A stretch of DNA of 57,015 nucleotides, filler included, from Sluysia triapertura (GCA_046118255.1; 4 parts of 4 records of this genome joined end to end with filler, not necessarily neighbours in it); one strand, 5' to 3'; shown: positions 13,957 through 28,500, counted from the first letter of the whole stretch. A program made the numbers and translations. Notes: generated by a model from the sequence alone, not told the origin.

Positions 13957-14731
13957 ATGAGAGTTAAAAATAATGATTTTAGCATTAGTTGTTAGAATTT
14001 AATTAATATTCAATTATTCTTAGCCAATTTTCTAATGGCCGATTATGTATAATGCAAATATTGAGAATTAAATAAATATTAAATATTAAATTTTTACTTG
14101 CATGAACTCAGTCGAAACATATCTCCATCGAAAGTTCTAAGTAAACTGAACTCATGCACAAATACGACTTTATTCTGTGTTTTTCATTAATTAAGATAAT
14201 TAATTAAACAATGGATTTATTTATTTTTAAAATTTATCGTATTTTGTGCTTAAAAGTTTTATCAGTATTCCAAAATTGTTTTATTTTTGAGGTTGTATGT
14301 GTTTTCACCTTAGCCATTTTCATTGCTTCTTCTGCTGACTTATACTAATTATTAACGTTATCAGTAATAATAATATTTCATAAATATCTTAAATATTTTA
14401 AACGCTTATCAAAGTTTACAAGATCTTAAATGGGCTTAAGGTTTACAAGTTCAAAGATGTTTTAATACTTAACATTTCTTCAATAATCTCAAAATACTAC
14501 TAAAGTATTATTTAATACTTTAAATGATATTTTTATTTTTTATTATTATTCCTCAATAATGTTTTATTTTAATAATCCCAAATTTTATATCTCAACAAAA
14601 TTTTAAATAAAATACAAAATATTTAATGAAACAAAATTAATATCTTTAAAAACATTTATTTATTTACAATTTTTTGTAAATTTTCTGTTTTTACTCATAA
14701 AATTTTTCTTTATTTCCTAATTACTAATTTA

Positions 14732-14761
14732 CTAGACTGATAGCCTCGTGATGTCATGAGC
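14732..14761 (-). mobile_element. Helitron-like 3' terminus (hairpin + CTAG|T)
   Basis: Minus strand reads G-CTCATG-ACAT-CACGAG-GCTATCAGT-CTAG|T: an imperfect hairpin ~9 nt before CTAG followed by T. Confidence 0.4.
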
Positions 14762-14814
14762 ATAATGGCTTACAATTAATCATCTAAAATAAATATGATA
14801 ATTTTGTCCATGTA

Positions 14815-14879
<65 letters not shown>

Positions 14880-14925
14880 AAATTTATAAATTTTATATTT
14901 ATATTGATCTTAATCTTATTTTTAG

Positions 14926-17900
14926 ATTATTGTATTAGCTAAAGACAATTCTTTAAACGAATCTCATCACACTGCAACAACTACTGTTATGGTAAAAGTC
15001 ATTGACAAAAATGATTGTGTTCCAATTATAAAAGACAAATCTAAATCATTAAGTGTTTCTGAAAATAAACCTGAACATTATCTTGTGGCAACAATTGAAG
15101 CTGAAGACAATGATGAAGGCCATAATTCTAAACTGATTTTTACTCAGATTCCCAGTATTAACTCACATTTCTTTTCTCTTGAACCAAATGGAACTTTATA
15201 CACTAGAAAATCATTTGACCGCGAAGACGAGGTAATTAAAGTTATTAATTGATTTGTGCATATAATGCTGTAAAATAATGTTAAACTTGTTTAATTTTAT
15301 TTCTCTAATTGCTGGTGTTTTTGCTTAATTTAAACTTAATTTAAACTTTGTATCAGATGTTGAGGTTTCATCCAGTTTCAATTTTAACTCTTATTGTTAA
15401 TTATGAACTAGTATTAATGTGCTTTAATGTAATAGTACCTCTGGAATAGTGTAAACACAATAACAAAAACGTTGAAATTATTTTATATCAAATGTAAAAT
15501 TATATTTACAAAAGATTCAAAGAACCAGAAAAATAAAAAATCAAACAATTGTAAGTTATATAATTTTTTTTATTAATTTTCACAATTCTTCAAAGTTTTT
15601 AAAGTTTATTTTACTTTACTTTACCTGATTCAGTTTATAAGATTTGTTTGCTTTGATATTTTAAATTTTGATTATTATTCAACAATTGTACTTTTGACTT
15701 GTCTCTAGCTTGTCAAAGATTAAAGTGTTAAATTCAGAATGGTTGGAGTCAAGTTTCCTCGTAAAAATCTAAATCAAGATTTTATTTGCTATAACAATTT
15801 TTCACACTTAAGAAAATATTTCTTAAGGTTCGTTATACTATTTGTATTATTTTTTTTATTTTAACAAAATATGCTAAATTACTTAATTTTAATACATCCT
15901 GCCGCAAGTTTACAATATCTCCAAGATTATATCAATAATGTAGCTTCAATAATTTTATGGTTTCATATTACTATATTCTTCTTTATATACTATTTTTTTC
16001 TGTTCAAAATTTGTAGCCAATAATTATTTAACCGTTTTTAAGTTGTAACATAAATATTCGTGAATATTTATGTATTATAAAATAAGTGCCAAATAATAAA
16101 ATATTCATGATTTATAGTTTTTTTTATTTTTTCATTTATTTTAAAAATATTTTAGATTTTATTTTATTTTTTACAAAATTTACAAAATGGATTCTTACAA
16201 TTGTCCATTGATGGAAAAGATTTGACACCTTTATTAATTACAATAATAATAACTCTATGATATCTCTTTGGTCCTTTTTGCTCCTATAGATTGGTTTTCT
16301 TTTTAATTTTATTCTTACATTATATATCTCAATTATATCTTTTGATTTTTACCTATTTTTAATTTTAAAGATTTAAATCCGGCTTAGGACTCGACGAAAC
16401 CAGAATAACAGAATTTAGACTGTTAATTAACTCGATATAATAAAAAAAGAAAAACAAAATCTTCTTCTTTTCTTGATTCTTTATTATGTTTAAAACTTTA
16501 TTTGAAAAATAACGTTCCAAAATCAGTCTTAATCGCATAAAAACGTTTAAAAGTTTTGATTTGATTTGAATATTCATTAATTTGTTTGATTCTTACATTT
16601 AATTCTTCAATTTATGCTAATTTCATAGAAAAAAGATAACTGTTCTACTTCAAAACCGAAATCATATACAAATGTTGACATTTCGAATACTAATTCACTT
16701 TACTTCATTTTAAATGATAATTAAATGTATTGAAGTTGATTGTTTGCTTGAGATATATTTCCAGGATCATTAAAATTAGGAGTACTAATTCGAGTATGAA
16801 GATAAATAAATTATTTATATTTACTGTAGGTTTCACGTTCTTTGGTATTTTCTTACCAAATCTATTAAAATCAAATTCTAAATGGGATAAATTTTTATTT
16901 TTCATTTTCTAGTTCTATTTTTTGAAAGCATACCATGTCAAATTTAATTGCGTTCACTTTTATAGAAATAGCTTTTATTAAAATTATATTCATAATTACT
17001 AACAACCATTGTTTGAATTTCAAATTTAGCCGAAATACGAATTGTTTTTTTCTTTACCGAATGTTAATGGAATATATTCTGTTTTTAAAAATCTAAAATC
17101 AATATTAAATGTCTTTGAATAATAATACACTACTGTTTATCGATATCCATAATTGTAGTATTATATTATTGTTTTCCACAAACACATTAAATATAGATTC
17201 GTTACGTTTGCATTTCGTCCATATTTTCAACAATGCATGATTCGTTATTAAATTAATTTTTTTGTACCAAAACACAAAATTTGTCGTTCAAAATTGTTTT
17301 TATTTATTTATACGTACAAATAATAAATACAAAATACTATTATCCTCTTAAAAATCTATGTTCTATTTATTAACAATAGATACAAATTAACATTCACTCT
17401 AACAAATTATAACTATATAATCCATAATAAAAAACGAATCAATTAATTAACACTAAATCTAAATTTAATATAATACCCATTCTACCAAATAAAATACTCA
17501 ACCAATTAGAACGATTTATGAAAATTCAAATTACATTCGCTCGAGTAACCCGGATAATTTGGAGATAATTTAACGTGGGCATTTATATGAACTGATTTGT
17601 ATATTATTTGCTATTTGTATGGAATTGAGAACAATATACCATAGTTAAAATCCATATTATTAGTTATCAATGATTGAACAATTACTTTAATCATATCTTT
17701 ATTAATAAATTTTCTCTAATTGATATTTACAATTTTAATAATCTCTTTATTATTCATCTTTAAATCGTCTATTGCATACTATTAATTTCACATTTAATTT
17801 AGCGTATCATCAGTTTTTATTATTGAAAATCATAAATTCATCGATCTTTAATACGTTGAATGCCACGCTAATTTTACATTGCTTTCCTGTCTGACCAAAA

Positions 17901-19687
17901 TGAATTTTTCAGTATGTATTTCTAATAATCATGGGCTTCGCCGGTCACCTGTGACTCCCATAGCATATTATTTCATACTTTAATTGCATTAAATGGGAAT
18001 CTCTTGCATCAAAAGCAGATTGACCTAACAACACATTTATTATGACTGAAACTATTTAAAATATAATGTATTCTTAAAATGAATATTAGGCTACAAACTT
18101 TGACAATTATTGTGAAATTACTTTTTCATTCAATTTTTATACATGTTGATAATCATTTCAAAGTAACGGGTAATTTATATATTGTTTATTAGACGGAAAT
18201 TTTAGGTGCTCTGGTGAATTACCAATAATTTTCAATAAAACTGGAAATTATTTTTTCAAAATTAAATATCTTTGATAAATTTGACTGGTGTTGAAGAAAT
18301 AGAATTTATTTTTGACATTTTCAACATAATATTTATTAAATCATCTTCATTAATGTCTTAAATTCAATTTCATTCATGTTCTTCTTTTAGATTCCTAATA
18401 CTTGCTTTATTAATATTATTTCACATTATTTCATTTTAAGTAATTTTATTATTATGTAAATGTTTTTCATTTTTTAAAGGAAATAATTCTCATTTAATAA
18501 TTTATAAATATTCTTAATATTTGATTTATTTATTTTACATGACTCATTGTAAAAGTTTCCTTTTTTGCTTTCTAATAGCTTGGAATAAATTTTATGTTTT
18601 ACTTCTATTTTGCATCATATTCTTTTACACTCCTTTTTTCGTTTTTTGCATCATTTATTCTTAAATTAATAATTTCCGAAATAAACTAAAATAATATCAA
18701 AATTGATCTAAAAATTATTTAATTGAATTACTACAAATAAAGATTTATTCATGTCAGTAATATTTAATTCCAAATGTTCAAATGAATGATATTTGAAATT
18801 AATTTTATTAATTTAATAAAATTAAATTTGCGTCATAATTTTACGCTTATTAATATTTAATATTAAGAGTCAAAGTAAATTGTGCTTACACGTAACAGTC
18901 CGTGATTTAGGAGAAGTGTTTCTCTCTAGTCGATCAGCTGTTTGCGTTCAAATTACCGATGAAAACGATAATCCACCAGAGATTAACATTTCATCGTTTC
19001 TTGCTCCAATAATAAGTAAAATATTTTGAAAATATTTATTTTAGATTTTTAGATTTTACTTTAACTCAAGTTACTTTCTACATTGATTATTATTTTGAAA
19101 TATCAAAATACGAAGCAACTGACACTACTGTATTGAAATATACTGTTTTTGATCGGGATGAAGGTATTAACGCTATTGTAGATATAAAAATGGATCAAAA
19201 TCAAATAACGAAACAGTATAATAAATTTCCTAACAATCAGTTATTTATATTAAACAAAACAAAACAAATTGTTTCGTTATTTCGTAAATGGCGTGGTACA
19301 TCAAAAAGTGGATTAACTTTTGATGATTCTGAAAATGTTATAGTGATTTTAGAAGCCCAAGACAGAGGAAAGCCTCCTCAAATTACAAGAAAAGTATTTT
19401 TACTAATTATTTAAATTCACAATTGTAATTTAGAATATATTATTTCATTTTACGGACATAGCTCCATTACCAACGAATATAGCATTTGTTGAAACAAACA
19501 ATGTATTTGATGATAACAATGACAAAACTGAAAAAATGAGAGACAGCTATACTAAGATTAAAATTTTTATTATATTGGTACCACTGTCAATATTTTTAGG
19601 ATTTTCTTTGCTAGGAGCGATTGCATGTATGACTCTTCCAAAATGCAGGCGAAGATGCAAATACAGATCAAATATGAAATATACAGG
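14926..19687 (+). CDS. Protocadherin/cadherin-like gene, 3' part (exons 14926-15231, 18868-19015, 19053 or 19071-19393, 19434-19687)
   Basis: Phase-compatible GT-AG exons encode cadherin motifs AKD, VIDKNDCVP, AEDNDEGHN, FDRE, VRDLG, ITDENDNPPEI, DRDEGIN and AQDRGKPP, then a TM helix (IFIILVPLSIFLGFSLLGAIAC) and a basic stop-transfer segment KCRRRCK. Confidence 0.9.
16380..18660 (-). mobile_element. Highly decayed APE-type LINE (ORF1 and endonuclease remnants) in the cadherin intron
   Basis: Minus-strand fragments VNLLLMQEIP (APE LLLQE motif, ~18010) and MDFN (GDFN-like, ~17650); coiled-coil and IGNSPE ORF1-like segment upstream; many stops. Confidence 0.45.
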
Positions 19688-21719
19688 GTTAATTATCAAT
19701 TTTTGTATATCAGTTTTGCTCGATATTTATTATAAATTTATTTTGCCTATATATTTTCTTTGTTTTTTATTTGCTAATTTTACATAAATTAAAAATAGAT
19801 TCGGTGATAAAAGTCAGCGTTTTGACATTTTCCTAAAATTAAAATAATAATCTTTCAAAAAATGCGTTTTTCTGTTGAATATATAAAATATTGAGATGCA
19901 CGAAAAAATCATTTGTTTTAATTTTTTAGTTTCAAGACAATTCAAAAATTTCCAGAATAAATTTGAGTAAAAAATGTAAATTAAATTATATGAAAAGTTA
20001 CCTAGTTTAGATATACAAAGAAGCAGCTTTTTCAGGAAATATAATAAAACATTTATGCACAAATTTGTAAATAGTTTACTAAACAATATATTAGATTAAT
20101 ATTATTTTATATTAAATTATAAAATAACTTTTGTTTAAAAATTTCAGTAACAGTTTTAACTCACTTTCTTAATAAATATTGAATATCCTAAGAAAATATA
20201 ACATAATTTTATTTCCGTAGATTTAATTTTTCTTGAATGAATTAATCAGAACTAATTTCATACATAATATGAGTTTAGAAACCTAGATTCAATAAACGTA
20301 ATACATAATATAATAATATAACACTATAATAAATATATTTCTTAATAGAAATTGTCTTATTATTACTTGAGCAATTATCAAGGTCTCTTGTTTCAAACTA
20401 TTATTATCTTAATTATTCTTAAACTTTTAAAATAATTTTACATAACTCTAAAAATTAAGTAAGATTATAATTTTAATAAATATAACAATTTAAATTAATA
20501 TTGATCTACAATATGGTGAGACCTTCTGAATGACATGTTTTGGAATTAGAATTATATAATAGCTCTTGCTTACATTAATATTAAAAATTCTTTTTAATAT
20601 TTAATAAATCGGATTTAACTTCACAACGTTAACTTAAGTAAATCTGGCTTTATAATTATTTAATAAATCTTATTATTCAACTTTTAATTCTCTAAAAACT
20701 GTTTAAGTTTTACCATGTTCTTTAAACTTATTTATAAATCTTCTTTATCTGAAAATCAGAGTTCTACTCGTCTCTGATGTACACAAAATAAATTTATGTA
20801 TTAAATGTTATAATGTGGTAGATTAATGAACGTATAATAATTATAGTACTGAACTAATATAATAAGTATGCTGAATTTATAATATGTAATAACATTAATT
20901 ACAATAAAATACTATTAATAAAAGAATAATAAAATAATAATATAACAATAATAATAATAATTAATATTTAATAATATATTAATAAGATAATAATAATGTG
21001 AGGGAATAATGTAATAAAAACAATTTGTGTTCCATTCTTTAAATATTAATTATTTTATTTTATTCGTAAATATTAATTATATTATTAGACTTAAAAATTT
21101 TTTTATTCTAAAAAAATATTATGAATATTATAATAAATTTAAATATTAGCTAGAAAATATTAAAAATATTTGAAATCAATTTAATTTAAATCAATCAGTT
21201 TAATTTGTTTAAACTAAGTAAATTTGTTTAATGTCAACATTACAAAATGGCGGACATAAAAATAGTATAAAATCTAGAAATTTTAATAACCAAAACACAA
21301 TTTTTGGAACATAAATTTTGATACTCAATTTTTGGGACACAAATATTGGATTATTTGTACAGATTATTTCGTCTTGGAATCAAAACATGTCGCATAACCG
21401 AAACATTCCATGCAACAAGTAATTCGTTTTATATAAGCAATTTCGACTCTACCTTATATAGAAAAGTTTAAATTATTACTTAAAATTCATAACAAACTTG
21501 CAAGAACATAAACAGGCTTGCTTAATTATTTTTTAAAATTATTAAAAATTTGCCAAGATAAAAATTGTCTTAAGTGATCAAATAAAATTAATATCGTTAT
21601 AATTTTATATCAAGCTTTTGTCATATCTTCAGTAAAAGCTTTATTAGTACATTTGTCGAATAAATTTGTGGTGTATAAAGTGTTATTATATTTTTATTTA
21701 AAATCAGTTAAAAGATTTG

Positions 21720-21989
21720 GTAGACTTTACTAAGGCTAGTTTAACGTCAAAAATATATAAAATCTTTTATTAGATACGCTAAACCATATCAGACTAGCTT
21801 AACTGATTACACAACTAGACCATAAGTCAGCTAGTTTAATTTGAATTAAATTTAGTGATACGACGTACTGACTAGGTGTAGGATAACGTCCTTACTTAAT
21901 AAGTTCAATTCTCTAAGCATATTGAAAATCCTAATAGACCGCCTCCTATCAGATATAAGCCGTATCTATTAGGTGAACTCGTTTCCAGA
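21720..21989 (-). repeat. Structured dispersed module, copy B (core 21925-21989 plus 3 hairpins at 21720-21842)
   Basis: Core reverse complement TCTGGAAACGAGTTCACCTAATAGATACGGCTTATATCTGATAGGAGGCGGTCTATTAGG aligns with 52799-52860; it is followed on the minus strand by AACTAG..TATGGTCTAGTT-type hairpins. Confidence 0.8.
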
Positions 21990-24677
21990 TTCATATTTTC
22001 ACGTCATAAGATAGTGAAACTCTGGCATTAATAATAATAATAATAATAAAAATAATGGTAATAATAAAAAAATTAATAATAATATACAACAAATAATATT
22101 AAAAATGTATGTTCAATATTCAGCAGATTATTCTAATTGCTTTTTATTTACTTAATTATTGTTTTATTATTTCAAGTTGAAAATATAGACTAAAATGGTA
22201 AGTGCTTTTCTTTTTGTTTATTTAATTAAAAATTATTTATTTGTTTTGTATATAAGACTATTAAGGTTATTAATTTTTATTTTTTTAATTATTATTATTT
22301 TATTATATTATTCATGTTCTGCATTAATTTTAGATCCGGATTCTGGATTCCTTACACGATATAATTCGATAATACCATCATAAATTTAATCATAATCCAT
22401 TGTAAGTTAAAAAAATAAGTGACATTACACGTTATATAGTTTTCCTATTATAATAAACACATAACTTAAACAAACTATATGTTTTAACTTTTAAGACAAT
22501 TACATCAATTTAATACATAAATTAGAGATAAATATTACTTAAGTATGTTTTATAAAAAACGATAGTATAAGAATTGATAAATGAATCTTTAGTTTTAATA
22601 ACATCTACGATTTTCCTGAATAATATCGTAATTTACGTAGCATTTGACTTTCATCGAAATATACAGCCAAATAAAGTTAATTAACAAAATCAGAATATAA
22701 TTAAGAATAAACTGTTTTAAGTAAACCATACATACGAAAATTAAAATTTCGTCAAATTACTATATTTAGATAGTGCGCAGTAGAAATCAAATGTGAAGTA
22801 TAATAAATAAAATCAGCAAACATTTTTTTCTTTATCGTCATGCAAAATGTTAATTAACTTTTGAGTTAAAACAAAATAACGTTTAAAATAACAAAATAAC
22901 GTAATTCAATGATTATGCTTCTCAATTTATTACATGTTCTTACATTTAAATTAACTTAGCTGACAAAATGAAAAGTCATTGTTCGCACATTAATTAAAAA
23001 CACTCAAAATGAAAAAAATCTTGTTTCAACATATACAAAATTCTATAAATAACGAAGACATTTTCTAAAACTTAATGGCAATATTTAAATTTTTTGTATA
23101 AGTGGTGTGTAATATTTTGTAAACATAATACTCATTTTTACTATTAACATTTTGTAAATAAATAATGTTCATTTTAAATTAAACTTGATTTTAATAAAAT
23201 AATGTTAAAATAATAATGCTCAAAAAATACTAAGATTATAATGCTTTATTATCAATTTAAAATGATTACATGCAGTTAATATAAATTCAAAATTTAGTAA
23301 CAAATAACAATCATATTTAAATTAAATTTGTATAAATAATCATTTTAAAGTGAGATTTTAAAGTTTTTTACAATAGGTAACCTAAATAACATCCTATATT
23401 TCGAAGCTTATTTCCACAATACAGCATGGCAAATGGATGCTGCGGTAATAAATTTATGTATTTTAAAATTGTAGCCTTTAGATCAACACATTTTCTATTA
23501 AGAATCATTTCAAAATTACGATTTGAAGTTAGTGGACGGTTCAATCTGCAAGAATAAAGGTTGCACGAGTTTAGAAAATGTTCAAAAAATCTGTTGCGGT
23601 GTAGTTGATCTTATATCTGATAATAGTGAAGTAGAGGTTAAGGTGAATGACAATTTTTCTGTTGTTTGTTTTATTATTTTGTTAGTGATTGCTCTAATTT
23701 TATAAATGTTAACGAATTTTTCTGCGTTTCATTGCCTAATAAACAATGTCAAGTTTGTTTATTGCTAAATCATTTAATATGTATAACGTTTATTAAATTA
23801 ATAAAATTATTTAGTAATAACATAAACGTTTATAATAAATTTATTAAGTTAATTAATTTGAACAATTTATCATTCAAAGAAGTTAGTAAAATTTATATTT
23901 TATTTTCAAACGTTTCATCTAATGTTAATGAAAAATTTGAGTATCCAAAATAAGTAAGTAGCGCCATAGATCATCAGTTATATAATATCACTTTTGAGTT
24001 AAATATAATTAATACTTATTTCGATAAAGACACTTAGTCCGCAGATAATTCGGCTCATTCTATGTTCTCCATAATAATAAACAAGACATTAAATAAATGT
24101 CTTCCTTTTAATAATAATTTTCTAATAATTATAAATGGTCTAACCCATATCAATAAAATGAGTAGGTATCAAATCAAAGTTTTTAATATATTAAATTTTT
24201 AATTAGGTTGACTCAATGAAATGCGAAATGACGAATATTGTAACCAATTCATATTTCATTAGGTAATTGACAAAGCCACCACACAGTGACTTTTATATTT
24301 TGAACAATGTCAATAATGACATTGAAAATGATAAAAATATAGTTGAAAAAATTAATTTTTATAATTATATTATTGATATTATTATTATTAAAAAGATAAA
24401 ATGAAACTAAAATATCTTAGTAATTTGATAAATTAAAAGTAAAGTCACATTACATCTTACCTTAAAGAATTGTAGTGAAGTTAAAATTCTTTCTGTGGTG
24501 GTCCAACCCATGTCAATAAATTTTATTACAAAATCAATTCATAACAAAATATATATATATATCGCAGCATAAAAACTAAATACTAAATTTAACTCACACA
24601 AACCTTAAACATTCAACCGCTTTTCTTATACTTAATATATTCAACCTCTAATAACTCTAATTGTAATAACAATGGTA

Positions 24678-24920
24678 ATGAAGTTCGCACAAACTTTTGA
24701 ACAAATTATATCTGTAAGATACATATTTATGGATATCAAAAGGATTATCCCGATAAATTTATTAAAAATATAAGTAAACTGATACGGGCTGCTGATAGAA
24801 GTAACAGATTATTATAAAGAAGATATTCGATTATCATTTATTTCATTCTTACCTTTAAATATTAGTGAAATATTAAAAGATCTTCCTCATTTAAAATTAA
24901 TTGATAAATTAATAAAATAA
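24678..24920 (+). pseudogene. Possible gag capsid C-terminal-like remnant
   Basis: YPDKFIKNISKLIRAAD...DIRLSFISFLPLNISEILKDLPHLKL resembles the PS.LL..M..L...FL..LP..I...L pattern of gypsy gag; frameshifted. Confidence 0.25.
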
Positions 24921-26148
24921 TGAAAAATGTGAATATTTGAAAGAAAATGGCTTACGTTTTTTGTTATTACATAAGAAAATTAAAAGTAAAGGTTGATGTT
25001 AATGAATTAAAAAATCTCCGTTTACAATCTAAAGCAAAAATAACAAATTGTTGAGATAAACAATAAAATTTTCCTTAATTATAAGCATGAAAATCACGGT
25101 GCAGAATTCACAAATGATTTTGAAACAAGTGCTGTAAAAAAATTATGACTATGACAACAAAACTAAATAACATAAGTCTAAAAAGTCATTTAAAAATTAC
25201 AATTGTAATCACCAATTATGTGATGATGGCAAAAATGGAGGAAGTAGGTTAAATTCGGTATTATTTTGTAGTCAAAAAATTAAAATATCCATTAGACGTA
25301 TAAAAATATAATGAAGGCAGACCGCACGGAAGATAATGACTCCGTGAAACTAGTTACTGGTGAGGAACATGGTAATTATGCAGCTGTGTTACATTGTTTG
25401 ACTGCTGCAATTGGATATTTAATCGTGTTATAACAATTGTTCTGGGTTATACTTTATGTTATAAAAATATGAACCAGCAATGAATGATGCAAAAAAAGTG
25501 TTGAATAAAACCAAAAAAATATATAAACAGATTAACTAAATGTAAATTACTGCACGTTTTATCATTTGATGATGAAAATATTTGTAATGCTCAATGCTAT
25601 TAATCAAAAATCATTTTAATATTAATCATTTTAACTAAAGTATAAATCTAATGCTTAATGTTAATAATCATTTTAATGTTTGATCATAATGGTTTTATAA
25701 AGATCATAATGTTTCTATAGTGTAGTCTTTTTAAATTGAGATTTTATAGAGACAACATGAAACTAAAATTTATAAACATTAAACTCTACTATCACAGCTG
25801 ATTAAATAAATAAAATCATTCTAAACTGAGATTAAATAGAAATAGTATGATAAATTTTAAGAGCATAATATTCGATCACAATCATCTTTAAAATAAGATT
25901 ACAATATTCTGTAATTATTCTGTAAAATCATGTTAAAGTAGTATTAGATAGAGATAATGTTTGGTTGATAAAAATATTTGAGGGATTAAAAATATATTAA
26001 TCTTGTTAAAAAAAGTTTTAAAGGATATCAAAAATATTTCTTTTAAAGTATTTTCAAACATAATAACTTATCTTAATTGAAATGTAAAATAATTAAAAAA
26101 CCAAAAACCAAAAACTAAAATGTATACATTTATTAATTGACGTTAAAA

Positions 26149-27325
26149 TTAAAATTTTAATTTTTTTGAAGATATTCTATACATCATCTCGAACATCGTT
26201 TTGACTTTAATTTCTGAAATAAAAAGAACATTTAGAAAACTATAAACGTATACAATTAAAATATTTACATTATCAAATTTTACCAATGAATTTATCCTAG
26301 TAATACAAGAATATATACTTGAAATTTGTTGTCTCGGAAGCCACTTGCTTGTAGTCTCGGATATTTTTAGCGTACTGTAATAGGATGGCAGAGATGTTTT
26401 TTTGATATATCGGATATGGTATGTAGTTACTTCCACAACCAATCTTGACAAGAATTGGTGGCTGTTTTTGCTGTAATCTACCGTATATTGTTGATCAAAG
26501 TTTGGTACCATCACAATATTCCGATCATAATTACGTTTTAAAAATTTCATTTCATTAGAATAACAATAATCTAATCTTTTATAAAAAGAATAATAATAAC
26601 AATGATCTATTTCTTTACAAAAATCATAATAACCGTTTATTAAGTTGAAGGATGAATTCACATACATAAGCATAAACAAATTTGAAGAGACATTTGAATG
26701 TTTAAAATAACTTAATCGAAATATGGCATTTATAGAAGTATCAGGTTTAACTAAATCGAATAAAATTTTGGTATTAAATGCTGTTACGAGTAGAAATATT
26801 ATACGAACTATAAAATTATCTAATGATTTTGATAAAACTTTAAAACTCCTTTTGAATTTTTAATTATATCTAATCTAATACTTTGTCTAGCAAGTACTAA
26901 CTTTACGTAAAATAGGTCACGCATAGAACATTTTTTAGTAATATACAGCTTTTGTTGTTCTGAAGGGTTAGACAAAAGAATTCTACTTTCATGGAAACGA
27001 ATTCGGTAGTCTATTTGTTTTAAAGGATCCTTTATTTCAAAATAGTGATATCTACTTAGGATATACTTAATCAATACATCATATACTTTCATCCGAAACT
27101 CTGGTGATTTCAAAGAAATTAAACAAAAGTCAATTTTACTAAATAAAATACTAATTTTCTCATCACTTGTAGAATTACAACCAAATAACTGATATAAAAT
27201 AATCTTTTTGATTTCTGGTTCCAATATATACATATATATGATTTAATTCCTCTTTTATTTTCATATTTAAAATTTTCCTTTTGCCATTTATCTTTATCAA
27301 AATATTTAAAAACATATGTCAGCAT
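26149..27325 (-). pseudogene. Intronless orphan gene (~390 aa) broken by two frameshifts
   Basis: ORFs 27119-27325, 26820-27233 and 26149-26679 chain together; the last frame stays open upstream to ~26820 (DNFIVRIIFLL...); no family recognised. Confidence 0.55.
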
Positions 27326-27425
27326 CGTTTACTAAAATAATATTGAGTCTTTTTGTCACAAAGTTATAAACGAAATTTTTACTCTTTTTACAATCAACAA
27401 AATTCAACACTACAATTTAATTTTT

Positions 27426-27602
27426 CTAGCATGTACTATTTTTAACAAAATTTTATTTTTAGTATTCAAGAAAGTGGTTGGTTATCCAATCAGGGCCTCT
27501 AGTATATAATTAAATGAAATTCAACCTGATTGGATGACAAGCAGTAAATACAAATTAGGTTACAAAAATAATAATCACTGATGATTGGCCATCATCAGTG
27601 AT
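27426..27602 (-). promoter_or_regulatory. Putative promoter with inverted CCAAT-box pair, 29-bp palindrome and ACATGCTAG element
   Basis: GTTATCCAATCAGG...CCTGATTGGATGAC inverted pair (~27481-27538), ATCACTGATGAT-tggcc-ATCATCAGTGAT (27574-27602) and CTAGCATGT (27426), all upstream of the ATG at 27325. Confidence 0.5.
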
Positions 27603-28102
27603 GACACGATAATGAAGATTGTGAAACTTGTGATAGTAGTAACTCATTTTGATTTTAATGAAAATTAAATAATTGTTAAATTTAATAATTTTGTAATAAT
27701 AAGAATAACAATATTGTTATTATTATTAACAAAAAAGAAAAAGTAAAATTGCATGAATTCCTTTTATTATTAACTCACACGAACTTTATATCTTTTGTTC
27801 TTTATTTCTAGACATAAAGAAATAAAAAAAATAAAAGCCGACAACACTAAAAGAAATAGCAACAAGAACAGAGTGCACAATGCTCGAGTTATTGTTATTT
27901 TGTTGTACAAAATAGAATTCTTTAAAAATGTACACGATCTTCCTTTAATTCTTACAGATTTTTAACATGTAATAAATTTAAAATGTGTTTGGAATTAAAG
28001 TTTTGAGTAATAATTGTTTTGAAAGAATTGATAAGTATAATTAACCTTTGAAGATATAATAATTGATTTGAGTCATGAGATGAAATAGAGAATGTTAGAA
28101 TG

Positions 28103-28202
28103 NNNNNNNNNNNNNNNNNNNNNNNNNNNNNNNNNNNNNNNNNNNNTTAATTAATTAANNNNNNNNNNNNNNNNNNNNNNNNNNNNNNNNNNNNNNNNNN
28201 NN
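28103..28202. other. Assembly/concatenation spacer
   Basis: N44-TTAATTAATTAA-N44. Confidence 0.97.
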
Positions 28203-28500
28203 TACTGATGAGGTGCAAATATATACTGAATTTGAAATGAACAACAAAGAAAATACTATTCAAATAACAGAAGAACTAGTATCTGAATTGATAAAATGGT
28301 TTGGAAATAAATACGTGAAAATAATCAATGAAGAAAGGTAATCTTCAGTAATAAAATGGCCACAATACCAAAATAAATGAAACAAAGTTAATTGTAGGTG
28401 GCAAGACACTAAATGCGAAGCAAAAAGTACGAAATATAGGTGTTATATGGATTCAAAAATGAACATGGAAGAAAATATTATTTGTATTGTTAAAAGGTAT
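28203..28500 (+). mobile_element. LINE (CR1/L2-like) reverse-transcriptase C-terminal remnant
   Basis: TDEVQIY...ELIKWFGNKYVKII...KVRNIGV.MDSKMNMEENIICIVKR matches ADDTQLY...W.....L.LN...KNLGV.FD..L....HI..IVK. Confidence 0.65.

Noticed and set aside
12788-14158. Small TGCAT-bounded inverted repeats at ~12789-12850 and ~14100-14158
   Set aside because: Arms of only 10-14 bp, no shared interior and no TSD; insufficient to call MITEs
20505-20545. ACA-ATA-TGGTGAG-ACCTTCTGAATGA resembling the TRIM LTR end, PBS and internal region
   Set aside because: Too short, and no recognisable LTR or tRNA sequence upstream; may be chance
19814-23953. Short F/I/L/K/N-rich ORFs (e.g. 19814-20086, 22195-22383, 23523-23953; likewise 41276-41494 and 56417-56686)
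   Set aside because: Composition is what AT-rich non-coding DNA produces by chance; no motifs
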